The translations under genes and the position numbers were made by a program. The notes beneath the pieces are model-generated. The model worked only from the letters and a program-made list of their open reading frames with translations, had not been told where the DNA came from and did not search any database. Of a stretch of 64,000 nucleotides of DNA, positions 13,240 through 24,540 are shown one piece after another. Source of the DNA: Tubiluchus corallicola (lineage: Eukaryota > Animalia > Priapulida). Each line of letters opens with the position of its first letter. Positions within the stretch are counted from its first letter, which is position 1. The DNA lies in assembly GCA_030141605.1 (NCBI GenBank), contig JAQGDQ010000007.1, forward strand, positions 1,165,173 through 1,229,172. The letters run 5' to 3'.

Positions 13240-14560
13240 AGTAATTAAAGATCATTTCCACAAAGTTTTTCAAATTTATGCGTATATTTGACTTTGTTTA
13301 CAGTAAATTGTGTCATAAAACAGTTGATATGTTCGACATAGTCAGCATATTTAGTTTCGGGACATTTTAAGACCGCATGAGTAAGTCTGAACAACATTCA
13401 AATCACAAAATTGACATTCAGCATATTTAGTTTCGGGACATTTTAAGATCGCATGAGTAAGCGTTTGAACAACGTTCAAATCACAAAATTGACATTCAGC
13501 ATATTTAGTTTCGGGACATTCTAAGACCGCATGAGTAAGGGCCTGAATAACATTCAAATCACAAAATTGACATTCAGCATATTTAGTTTCGGGACATTTT
13601 AAGATCGCATGAGTAAGCGTTTGAACAACATTCAAATCACAAAATTGACATTCAGCATATTTTGTTTCGGGACATTTTAAGACCGCATGAGTAAACGTTT
13701 GAACAACGTTCAAATCACAAAATTGACATTCAGCATATTTAGTTTCGGGACATTTTAAGATCGCATGAGTAAGCGTTTGAACAACGTTCAAATCACAAAA
13801 TTGACATTCAGCATATTTAGTTTCGGGACATTCTAAGACCGCATGAGTAAGGGCCTGAATAACATTCAAATCACAAAATTGACATTCAGCATATTTAGTT
13901 TCGGGACATTTTAAGATCGCATGAGTAAGCGTTTGAACAACATTCAAATCACAAAATTGACATTCAGCATATTTTGTTTCGGGACATTTTAAGACCGCAT
14001 GAGTAAACGTTTGAACAACGTTCAAATCACAAAATTGACATTCAGCATATTTAGTTTCGGGACATTTTAAGATCGCATGAGTAAGCGTTTGAACAACGTT
14101 CAAATCACAAAATTGACATTCAGCTTATTTAGTTTCGGGACATTCTAAGACCGCATGAGTAAGGGCCTGAATAACATTGAAATCACAAAATTGACATATT
14201 CCATTTTCCTGTTTCATCCTGCTCCACCTGCCAGTCTCAATTCGTATGTAGTGGCAATTCTGAATCTTGAAATGATTATCCTGTAATGTTCGGTAAGAAT
14301 GCTGTTATCATTCTTGTAAGGAGGGTTTAGTCTGCTCGTGGTTTATACTACTGTGTACACCCTGTTTCGAATCTGGATCATTTCCAAACGCAATAAGTAC
14401 TTCATTCTTGTAGCATTCAACCTCAAGTTTTTCAATAATTACCACAAAACTTAATATACATGTAACCAAGAACTTTCAAAGCACCGCATATTTTTACAAC
14501 AGCAGAAACTTTGGAAAGCAGGAATAATTAATCAAGAATGGTTTAGTTCCAAAATAAATT
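13240..14560 (-). mobile_element. 3' remnant of a non-LTR retrotransposon ORF2 (C-terminal CCHC domain) carrying an internal tandem array
   Basis: Minus-strand translation across frameshifts at 14400-14150: DPDSKQGVHSSIN..RIIISRFRI../IRIETGRWSRMKQENGICQFCDFNVIQALTHAVLECP, i.e. the RFRxxxHxLxIETGRW...CxxC...H...C LINE ORF2 tail. Confidence 0.75.
13335..14197 (-). repeat. 78-bp tandem array (about 11 units) encoding CX2CX9HX4C repeats, with a 312-bp higher-order period
   Basis: Unit tcagcatatttagtttcgggacattttaagatcgcatgagtaagcgtttgaacaacgttcaaatcacaaaattgacat; ORF 13351-14103 is a 26-aa repeat. Confidence 0.97.
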
Positions 14561-14916
14561 TTATAGAAATATCGTTTGTCTAAACGGAAAACTACAAGAT
14601 GGAGACTTGGGAAGCAAAGTTGAAGTTAATTTACTGTTGCAGAAAACTTTTTTTTAATTTATGCAACCAAATGTGTTGGTCAATTATTACTTTGCACTGT
14701 TGCTTTTGTTACTGTCAGTTACAGAAAAAATTATAGCATCCAACATTAGTGACAGCCCAGGATATATGAGTACTGGTGCTAACTTCATAAACTGTATTTA
14801 AAAATTTTAATTCTGATATTCATGCTCTCATTCAGTACAAAATCATGGATACAAAACTTACCAAGTTCACACTGAAGCTCTGCTTATGATAGCTAGATGG
14901 TATTTTTTAATCAGCA

Positions 14917-15050
14917 AAAGTTCATGTGGTGTGTTAGCTCTTCACAGTCTAATTTTGACGTTTACTGCTGTGCGAATCTGAAAGTTCTTGTGGTGTGTTA
15001 GCTCTTCACAGTCTAATTTTGACGTTTACAGCTGGTCGCGAATCTGAAAC
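14917..15050. repeat. tandem duplication of about 63 bp
   Basis: aaagttc(a/t)tgtggtgtgttagctcttcacagtctaattttgacgtttac...gcgaatctg occurs twice. Confidence 0.9.
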
Positions 15051-15115
15051 AACGTGATGAAGGAAGTAAAAAGACTACGGCGAAAATGGATTAAATTTAA
15101 AGCACACTAAATCAG

Positions 15116-15229
15116 CGTTTATCAGACATCCGCAATGCGTTATGCGTTATTGCGTATCCAGCTGCGCATAAACAATCAAAAGGCGTGACTGCAGAAAAAT
15201 CTAACGCAATAACGCAGGTCTGATAAACG
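15116..15229. mobile_element. small hairpin MITE
   Basis: cgtttatcagac / gtctgataaacg and tgcgttattgcgt / acgcaataacgca inverted pairs. Confidence 0.55.
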
Positions 15230-15251
15230 AGATCATTAAAAACAAAGCATG

Positions 15252-17022
15252 CGTGACGTCATATATACACAACGTAAATTAGAGAAAGAAAAGGAAATGT
15301 TAAACTATGTCCCCAAAAAACTTTCCATGCAAAATTACATTACTTGGTTTTCGCTTACTTGCTGGAAAGACTTATGTAACTAGAAAAGAAAATTTTTAAT
15401 TATTTAAAATGTTTTTATCAATTGGTAAAATGTCACTGACTCACCCTCCAGGGGTGCACCACTCACTAACCAAGAACGTGTTTTTTAATCTTATTGAGAA
15501 GATACAATAATTTAAAATTTTTACTTAATTAGTGACGTGTGTGTTACGAATGCTCTTGATTATTTTTTCAAAGTTTACACAACATTATCTAAATTTGTTT
15601 CAAATGACCTACTACCAAAATGACTGTGTCTAAAGGTGATCGCGGGAGTTTAAATATTTACACGTTTTATACAGCTTTGCTGCCAACTCAAGCCCCGTAT
15701 GCAAAAAGGCAGTTTGTAAGTGGTATAAAATTTCAGGACGAACTTTTTAAACTTTATGTAAGTGGAGGGTTTCCTTGTGCTTTAAGTAAAGCTGGTCTAA
15801 AAACGTCCAATATTCCTTATTTGTATTCACAAAGCTACCGAAAAGGGTAAGATTTAACTTCCAAACGTAAGATGTCTTATAAGAGGTACCGAACATATTT
15901 TTGATCATATAAGACTTCATAACTCAAGCTGCCATCACAGCAATTCCTACTGTTATAAGGGAGTTAGTAGGTATGATTCTATTTCTTAATTAAAACTAAT
16001 TAAAGTAGTTAATCTAAATACTAACTAAAATAGTCAAAATTTTACAAAATATACGTGTTGATTTTTGAATACGTGCTGTATCACGTCTGAACTTTGCATA
16101 ATTGATGATTTTGTAAAATTTTCAGACTAACTTAACTTAACTAACTATTAATTAATTTTAATGTTAGTATATTCTAATAAGAATTGGGCTTTTTAAGTTT
16201 TCGGGTGTGAAATGGGCATAAAATTTGGTGTCAAAATGATGTTACCAAATTTAGCAAAACACGTTTGTGACTGAAGAAGCTCCCCTTTCCTAATTTAACC
16301 CTCTTCTACCAACTACAGGCCTAATTTGTTATGCTTTGCAATAATTAACTAACGTAATACAATTAACTAGTGACACTAATTATTTCTTAATTTTGGTACT
16401 AAGTAAATAACTAAAAGCAGGCAGCAGCTTGAAAATGAAGTAAGTCTGTTGATGAAAAATAATAACGAAATTCAAACTAAAGAATCGGCGCTTCTTTTTA
16501 AACTTGTTTAATTAAAGCACATGAAAATCCTCCATTTACAAGCTTAAAAATTCGTTTTGAATTTTGTAATTACGTATTGCCTGTTTGCATGCAGGGCTTT
16601 CGTCGGCAGTCACGCTGTAGAAAACGTGTAAATCTAAACTCCCGCGAAGACCGTTAGGCGCAGCCATTTTGATGATAAGTCATTTGAAACAAGTTTAGAT
16701 AACATTGTGTAAACTTTGGAAAATAATCACAGCATTCGTAGCGCACACGTCACTAACTGAGCAAAATTTTAAATTACTATCTTGTTAATAAGATTAAAAA
16801 TACGTTATTGGTTTGTGAGTGGCGCACCCTGGAGGGTAAGTCTGCGACATTTTACCAATTCGTGAAAACATTTTAAATAATTAATAATTTTCTTTTGTAG
16901 TTACATAAGTCTTTCCAGCAGGATAGCGAAATACTATGTAACATAACTTTGCATGGAAAGTTTTTTGGGACATAGTTTAACATTTCCTTTTCTTCCACTG
17001 ATTGTGTATATATGACGTCATG
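15252..17022. mobile_element. non-autonomous DNA transposon / foldback element with imperfect TIRs of about 350 bp
   Basis: 15252-15610 is the reverse complement of 16678-17022 (e.g. aaggaaatgttaaactatgtccc / gggacatagtttaacatttcctt; tttacacaacattatctaaa / tttagataacattgtgtaaa). No transposase ORF seen. Confidence 0.85.
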
Positions 17023-17886
17023 TAATGGTGCAATCGGTACAGCATCACGGGGGATTTAAAATGAAAATAAACAAAAATTCCTTTCAACACGAGTACGATA
17101 TACGCATAAAATTAATGTAAAGTAATATAATTTTTAAGACGATTTTTCTGAAGCCTAATTCAATCACCCCTTTTCTTGTCCATTAAGACAATAACTATTG
17201 CCAATAAGCATTGACCAGCAAATAGTTGGAAAGACAAACATTAATCGTTTTACTAAAATTGCAAAGTATTTATAATCTGAGCACAATTGAAATTTGAGGC
17301 ATATGACTTGCCACTGTGTCAACGAAATTCTAAGAAAATTTTAAAGTGAGATAAACTATTCAATCTCCGAGAAAAACCTTAGGCTGTAAGCTAGATGATG
17401 ACGTAAAAGTTTCACGCTGGCACGTACGGATACCCATAAAATTATTTTGTGATAAGCAAAGCTCTTTTCACCATTATCACAGTTATATTCACTTCAATGG
17501 AATAGAATGTTCACCCTGTAAAATTATCTGCAAGTCAGAGTTTCAGTGTGACAAAAAAGCTACTACAAAAAGGGTCCTAATAGTTACATGATTAAATTTT
17601 AATCTAATAAATTTAGGGGTGAGTGAGTGAATGAGTGAGTGAGTGAGTGAGCGAGCGAGCAAATGAGTGTGATATAAACTTTACCCAAAGTTTGCCGTTG
17701 CAGAATGCACTAAAACCTGACCTATCAGATGTTGACCCTCAACACTCAACCTACTTGACCCTCAATACTCAACCTACTAGAGACTGTGATGGCGGGGAAT
17801 CTGCCTTGTAACAAACCTGATCAGTTTTCGTGCTACCTTGTAATACATTTGATAGAAAGTATTAAAATTATCAAGTGGATAAAGGA

Positions 17887-18575
17887 TTACCGGCACAAGG
17901 ATTCTGATCGACGACCAACTTGTAGTTTCTGCATTTCCATCAGCTCTTTCCTGACCAGTTCTTTTTGGGCCTGTGGGATACGATATGGTCTCTGTCTGAC
18001 TGGTGTAGGATCTGAGAGGATTATCTCGTGCTCAACTACTGATGTCCTTCCGGGAAGGTCAGTAAAAGTTTCAGAGAAATCTCGGAGGACTTTCATCAGC
18101 TCTTCCTTCTGCTCTTCAGTAAGTTCAGCAGGTAAAGTTATATCAGCTACACTTTGGGTGGCACTTGCTGTAGGTGGGAAAGCATAATCTGGCAATTTAC
18201 ACAAACGTTCACTGTCTGGCTCCTGATTATTTGAATCGTCCTCAACCCAATCATTATCAATATTGCTGGCAGGTGGCACAAGTCTGCTCTCCTCACATCT
18301 GGCAAATAAAGCTGTTCCCATCACGATCCACAAAGGGCTTGAGCAGATTAATGTGATACGTTTTAACATTTGCCCGTTTTCCTTTACCACCAATGTTGAT
18401 TTTATATGTGAGGTCTGACACCTTGTCAGTTACTACGTATGGGCCGCGATAGTGTCTCTGCATTTTTCCTTTCCCTTCAGGCATAAGAATTAGTACTTTC
18501 TGGCCAATCTCCAGTACTCGATCAGTTTGGCTTGGCTCAGAGATTCATGGGCATCTTCCGTTGCATCCTGGAGTG
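17887..18575 (-). mobile_element. Ty3/gypsy LTR-retrotransposon pol fragment with integrase upstream of RT (Gmr1-like order), frameshifted
   Basis: Integrase C-terminus YRGPYVVTDKVSDLTYKI..KTYHINLLKPF (18484-18293) lies 5' of the RT leader LTEEQKEELMKVL..FTDLPGRTSVVEHEIIL..PVRQRPYRIP..VRKELMEM (18150-17930). Confidence 0.85.
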
Positions 18576-18590
18576 CATTAATAATTCTTA

Positions 18591-19324
18591 CTAGCACAGG
18601 CCCCGCAAAAGATGTTGTGTATAATCAATAATACGCGAACATTCTACCTAGTCCTCATTTATAACACAAAGCCCATAACATCCTGCCTACTGTATGTCTG
18701 TTTATCTAACGCAAAGCAGCTTTTTGCTGAATTAAAGCTGTAAGCAGAGTACAATGGATGACGTCACTACAATGGCATGCGTCAGCAGTTTTCTAAGCGA
18801 AAATTGTCGAAAATAGAACATCTAATTAACTTGCCAGTACTCCTCTCGGTGGACCTGACCTAAAATATAACCCACATCATCGTGTAGCCCTGTCCTTCCT
18901 CTTTGTAAAGAGCTGTATATCTCCTTCCGAGAGTCCCACCAGGCGACGCTAGAACGTTTTTTCCGTATGCTGTTTGGTCAAAATTTCGGAAAAATCGAGT
19001 TGGGTCCGGGAAAACGCCCGTTGCGGGGCGCGGTGGTCCTCTCGGGAATTCTAAATATGCCTACTACACCCACCGCTGAACGGGCTATCTATCCATACCC
19101 AGCACCACCCTCGGCCCATTCCAGTTCTTCAGAAATAAGAGGTATAAGTTTTGCAAAAAACGACCGAAAAATGGTCATTTTTGGAGGTTTTCCGCCCCCC
19201 CCTCCCGGTGAGCCCGATTCGAAAAAAAATAAACCATCAATGGCACAACACTAGATCGAGACCTTTCGTTTGATATATAGATCGCCGCAAATGGTGCCGT
19301 CGTCGAAGCTGTAGCCTCGAATCT

Positions 19325-19356
<32 letters not shown>

Positions 19357-20182
19357 TATTAAGCCCATACCAAGAATATTAATATAAGAGACTAGCAAAG
19401 GCCCCGCAAAAGATTTTGCGTAAAAAACCACGTATAATCAATAACACGCGAACATCCTACACAGTCCTCATGTATAACGCAAAGCCCGTAACATCCTGCC
19501 TACTTACCTAACGCAAAGCCAGCAGCGTTTACTCCTGCCTACTGTATGCTGCAAAGCAGCTTTTTGCTGAATTAAAGTTATAGACAGAGTACAATGGATG
19601 ACGTCAGAACAATGGAATGCGGTCAGCAGTTTTCTAAGCGAAAATTGTCGAAATTTGCGGAAAATAGAACATGTAATTAACTCATTGATACTCCTCTCGG
19701 TGGACCTGCCCTAAAATATAACCTACATCATCGTGTAGCCCTGTCCTTCCTCTTTGTAAAGAGCTATATATCTCCTTCCGAGAGTCCCACCGGGCGACGC
19801 TAGAACGTTTTTCCCGCATGCTGTTTGGTCAAAATTTCGAAAAAATCGCGAGTTGGGTCCGGGAAAACGCCCGTTGCGGGGCGCGGTGGTCCTCTCGGGA
19901 ATTCTAAATATGCCTACTACACCCACCGCTGAACGGGCTATCTATCCATACCCAGCACCACCCTCGGCCCATTCCAGTTCTTCAGAAATAAGAGGTATAA
20001 GTTTTGCAAAAAACGGCCGAAAAATGGCCATTTTTGGAGGTTTTTCGCCCCCCCCCCTTCCTCCCGGTGGGCCCGATTCGAAAAAAATAAACCATCAATG
20101 GCACAACACTAGATCGAGACCTTTCGTTTGATGTATAGATCGCCGCAAATGGTGCCGTCGTCGAAGCTGTAGCCTCGAATCT

Positions 20183-20214
<32 letters not shown>

Positions 20215-22500
20215 TATTAAGCCCATACCAAGAATATTAATATAAGAGACTAGCAAAGGCCCCGCAAAAGATTTTGCGTAAAAAACCACGTATAATCAAT
20301 AACACGCGAACATCCTACACAGTCCTCATGTATAACGCAAAGCCCGTAACATCCTGCCTACTTACCTAACGCAAAGCCAGCAGCGTTTACTCCTGCCTAC
20401 TGTATGTTGCAAAGCAGCTTTTTGCTGAATTAAAGTTATAGACACAGTGGATGACGTCAGCACAATGGAATGCGTCTGCCTTTGCGTCAGCAATTTTCTA
20501 AGCGAAAATCGCCGAAAATGGAACCTCTAACTAACTCGTTGATACTCCTCTCGGTGGACCTGCCCTAAAATATAACCTACATCATCGTGTAGCCCTGTCC
20601 TTCCTCTTTGTAAAGAGCTATATATCTCCTTCCGAGAGTCCCACCGGGCGACGCTAGAACGTTTTTCCCGCAGGCTGTTTGGTCAAAATTTCGAAAAAAT
20701 CGCGAGTTGGGTCCGGGAAAACGCCCGTTGCGGGGCGCCGTGGCCCTCTCGGGAATTCTAAATATGCCTACTACACCCACCGCTGAACGGGCTATCTATC
20801 CATACCCAGCACCACCCTCGATCCGTTCCCGTTCTTCAGAAATAAGAGGTATAAGTTTTGCAAAAAACGGCCGAAAAATGGCCATTTTTGGAGGTTTTTC
20901 GCCCCCCCTTCCTCGCGGTGGGCCCGATTCGAAAAATAAACCATCAATGGCACAACACTAGATCGAGACCTTTCGTTTGATGTATAGATCGCCGCAAATG
21001 GTGCCGTCGTCAAAGCTGTAGCCTCGAATCTTATATATATATATATATATATAAATAAATATATTAAGCCTATACCAAGAATATTAATATAAGAGACTAG
21101 CAAAGGCCCCGCAAAAAATTTTGCGTATAAATTTACACGTATAATCAAAAATACACAAACATCCTACCTACTGTTTGTCTGTTTATCTAATGCAAAGCCG
21201 CTTTTACTGAATTAAAGTTATAAGATTATAGACAGAGTACAATGGATGACGTCACAACAATGGCATTGCGTCAGCAGTTTTCTAAGCGAAAATTGCCGAA
21301 AATAGAACATCTAATTAACTCGTCGGTACTCCTCTCAGTGGACCTGCCCCAAAATATAGCCCACATCATCGTGTAGCCCCGTTCTTCCTCTTTCTGATGA
21401 GCCATATATTTCCTTCCGAGAGTCCCACCAGGCGTCGCTAGAACGTTTTTTCCGCAGGCTGTTTGGTCAAAATTTCGAAAAAAATTTGCAAAAAACGGCC
21501 AAAAATGGCCATTTTTGGGCTTTTTTCGCCCCCCCTTCCTTCCGGTGGGCCCAATTCGAAAAATAAACCATCAATGGCATGACACTAGATCGGGACCTTT
21601 CGTTTGATGTATAGATCGCCGCAAATGGTGCCCTTGTCGAAGCTGTAGCCTGGAATCTTATATCTAAATATGTATATTAAGATACCAAGAATATTAATAT
21701 ACTAGCAAAGGCCCCGCAAAAGATTTTGCGTATAAATACACATGTGATCAATAATACACGAACATCCTACACAGTCCTCATTTATAACACAAAGCCCGTA
21801 ACATCCTGCCTACTTACCTAACGCAAAGCCAGCAGGTAGCTTTTACTGAATTAAAGTTATAGACAGAGTACAGCAGGCAGCTACTGTATGTCTGTTTATC
21901 TAACCCAAAGCAGCTTTTTGCTGAATTAAAGCTATAAGCAATAATGGATGACGTCAGAACAATGGAATGCGGTCAGCAGTTTTCTAAGCGAAAATTGTCG
22001 AAATTTGCGGAAAATAGAACATGTAATTAACTCGTTGATACTCCTCTCGGTGGACCTGCCCTAAAATATAACCTACATCATCGTGTAGCCCTGTCCTTCC
22101 TCTTTGTAAAGAGCTATATATCTCCTTCCGAGAGTCCCACCGGGCGACGCTAGAACGTTTTTCCCGCATGCTGTTTGGTTAAAATTTCGAAAAAATCGCG
22201 AGTTGGGTCCGGGAAAACGCCCGTTGCGGGGCGCCCTGGCCCTCTCGCGAATTCTAAATATGCCTACTACACCCAACGCTGAACGGGCTATCTATCCATA
22301 GCCAGCACCATCCTCGGCTCGTTTCCGTTCTCCAGATCTCAGACGTATACGTTTTGCAAAAACGGTCGAAAATAGTCATTTTTGGAGGTTTTTCGCCCCC
22401 CGTTCCTCGCGGTGGGCCGGATTCGAAAAATAAACCCCCAATGGCACGACACTAGATCGACACTATATATATAACATACCAAGAATATCAATATATGCGA
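18591..22500 (-). mobile_element. head-to-tail array of five non-autonomous Helitrons (units 18591-19391, 19392-20249, 20250-21096, 21097-21701, 21702-22500)
   Basis: On the minus strand the units begin TC(T/G)C(T/A)TATATT(A/G)ATATTCTTGG (unit 21097-21701 lacks the TC) and end with the hairpin CGCAAAA-TC-TTTTGCG plus 9 nt plus CTAG. The array is flanked by host A (22501) and T (18590) with no TSD. Confidence 0.85.
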
Positions 22501-23989
22501 TAACAACCTTACGACAGTTTTATGAATTCGAATTAACAGCGAAGTTGTGACAACTTGTGCCCAAAGACAGCTACTTAAGGATTACGACACTGTCTTAGAG
22601 GTGTTGTAAGACAATGCATTAAGTGTATAAATTTACGATGCGTACATGAATCTGGCCCCTGGAACGGATCTTCAACCACTTAGAAGGCACTTAGGCAAGA
22701 CTTATCTTTCTGAACAGCTCTACATTATGGAATACGTCACAGAGAATGCACAGTTTAGACAATAACACATTCTGTACCGTATCTGTCCATTTTCCATATT
22801 TGCAATCATAATTTTTTACCATTTATTGGACTACGTAGTCTTCTAAATGCTCATGAAAGACAAAACAGAAACAGACAACGTTGCTACTATTTACCACGAT
22901 CACATTGTAATATATGTATTTTAAGTCCTGTTCACCTTCCAGAAACAAATATGAAATAGTAGTTAAACCAACAGAATTTCTGAAATCTGTTAAAATTTTT
23001 ATTCCAATTTTTTTTCCAAAAATGATTTATATTTGTGATCTATGAGACTAATAAACAATCTTCTGAATTATGCTATTCATGTAAAATTCTCAAGTCTGTA
23101 AATACTATGCAGATTTATAAATTATTAGCTAAATGCATTATAAGATTTTTCCATTATCTAACATGATAACTGACGACAATGCAACATAGTTTGATTAGAA
23201 TTGACAAAAAAGTAAAATCATCAATGCATAATAGATGGTCCAGAAAAAGGACTTACATAGATTAACTGATTTTTATATAATACAACTCACTTTTAAAATC
23301 AAACAGATTTTTAAATTAAATTAAAATTTAACAGTTAACATACGTTACTTTTGCATAAAAACATGAAAATAGAAGATAATATTGCTTCAGATGTTTACAA
23401 ATAAAATTTGCCAAACGTAACAATTAAAACTACAAAGTTCTCAATAGAGGGACATAATTGCCCCTGTTAATCATAATTCTAGCAAATAATCACTTTTAAA
23501 CTTCTAACTCATCAAAACAGGTTCTGGTAGAGCTTTTTTTAGTGATAATTACTTGTGATCTTGTTACATTTCAGTTGAAAGACACAATCAAACGTCAAAA
23601 GCACTACCATCAGTTCAAAGTCCATTACAAAAATGTTGCCCATCTTGCACCATTTTCATGTTACAATGCATTTACAGGTAGTGATTATGAGTATAGCACT
23701 ATTTAACATAAATTCAAGGTAGAAATGACATAAAAAACTCAATATGAAGAGTGGATACATAGACAGTAATTTTTCGTATGCATAATGAGCAGAATTTTGA
23801 GCAGATTTGCTAATTTGACATTTTTGCTTTGCAGTAATTCATATTATGTAATAGTCAATTTTTCTGTACAGCTAGCAGATATCAAAAAAGAACAAATCTT
23901 TCTAACTCTAAAAACAATGAAGCTTTTTACATGTATGAGATGACACGTTCATATCCTGACGTTGAGGTTTTACTATCAATAATGGCTCC

Positions 23990-24540
23990 TATATATTTAC
24001 TGAGTTTTCTGATGTACAGTCACCACAAATCAGAAGCCTTTTTGCACTGAAGCAGCCCGATAATTTGTTACCTGATCATTTACACACAGGTAAATCAAAG
24101 ACTATCTTACTAGTAGAAGACTTATCCATATAATTAGACCATGTGCCATTCATTAGATCAAAAATACCTGCAAGAACAAACACATTCTAGAGCAGGATTC
24201 ACCAAAAGAACAAACACATATATGTACAGTTTTTTACGACAGCCTTCACCAAGTGATCTATATATTTACTGAATTTGCTGATGTACAGTCACCACAAATC
24301 AGAAGCCTTTTTGAGCTGAAGCAACCCAATAATTTGTTACCTGATCATTTACCCATGGGTAAATCAAAGACTACCACTGGTCCTTTACTGGAAGATGCCT
24401 TATCCATATAAATAGACCATTTACCATTCATTAGATCAAAAATACCTGCAAGAACAAACACATTCTACAGCAGGATTCACTAAATGAACAAACACATATA
24501 TGTACAGTTTTTAACGACAGCCGTCAGCAAGTGATCTATA
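23990..24540 (-). repeat. tandem duplication of about 270 bp including the acceptor and last coding exon of hydrolase paralog 2
   Basis: 23990-24260 is similar to 24260-24540. The distal exon copy 24167-24076 is open (GIFDLMNGTWSNYMDKSSTSKIVFDLPVCK*). Confidence 0.9.

Noticed and set aside
13335-14197. CRISPR-like array or a bona fide zinc-finger gene
   Set aside because: Units are contiguous with no unique spacers and no cas genes. The frame lacks an ATG, has a stop in the first unit and is embedded in LINE sequence.
19392-20249. 5S rRNA, snRNA or spliced-leader tandem gene unit
   Set aside because: No recognisable 5S, U-snRNA or SL sequence; the termini fit a Helitron instead.
18967-22276. 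Repeated 60-118 aa ORFs (MGPGKRPLRG..., MGVVGIFRIP...)
   Set aside because: Chance frames in the non-coding Helitron units, broken differently in each copy, with no RepHel motifs.
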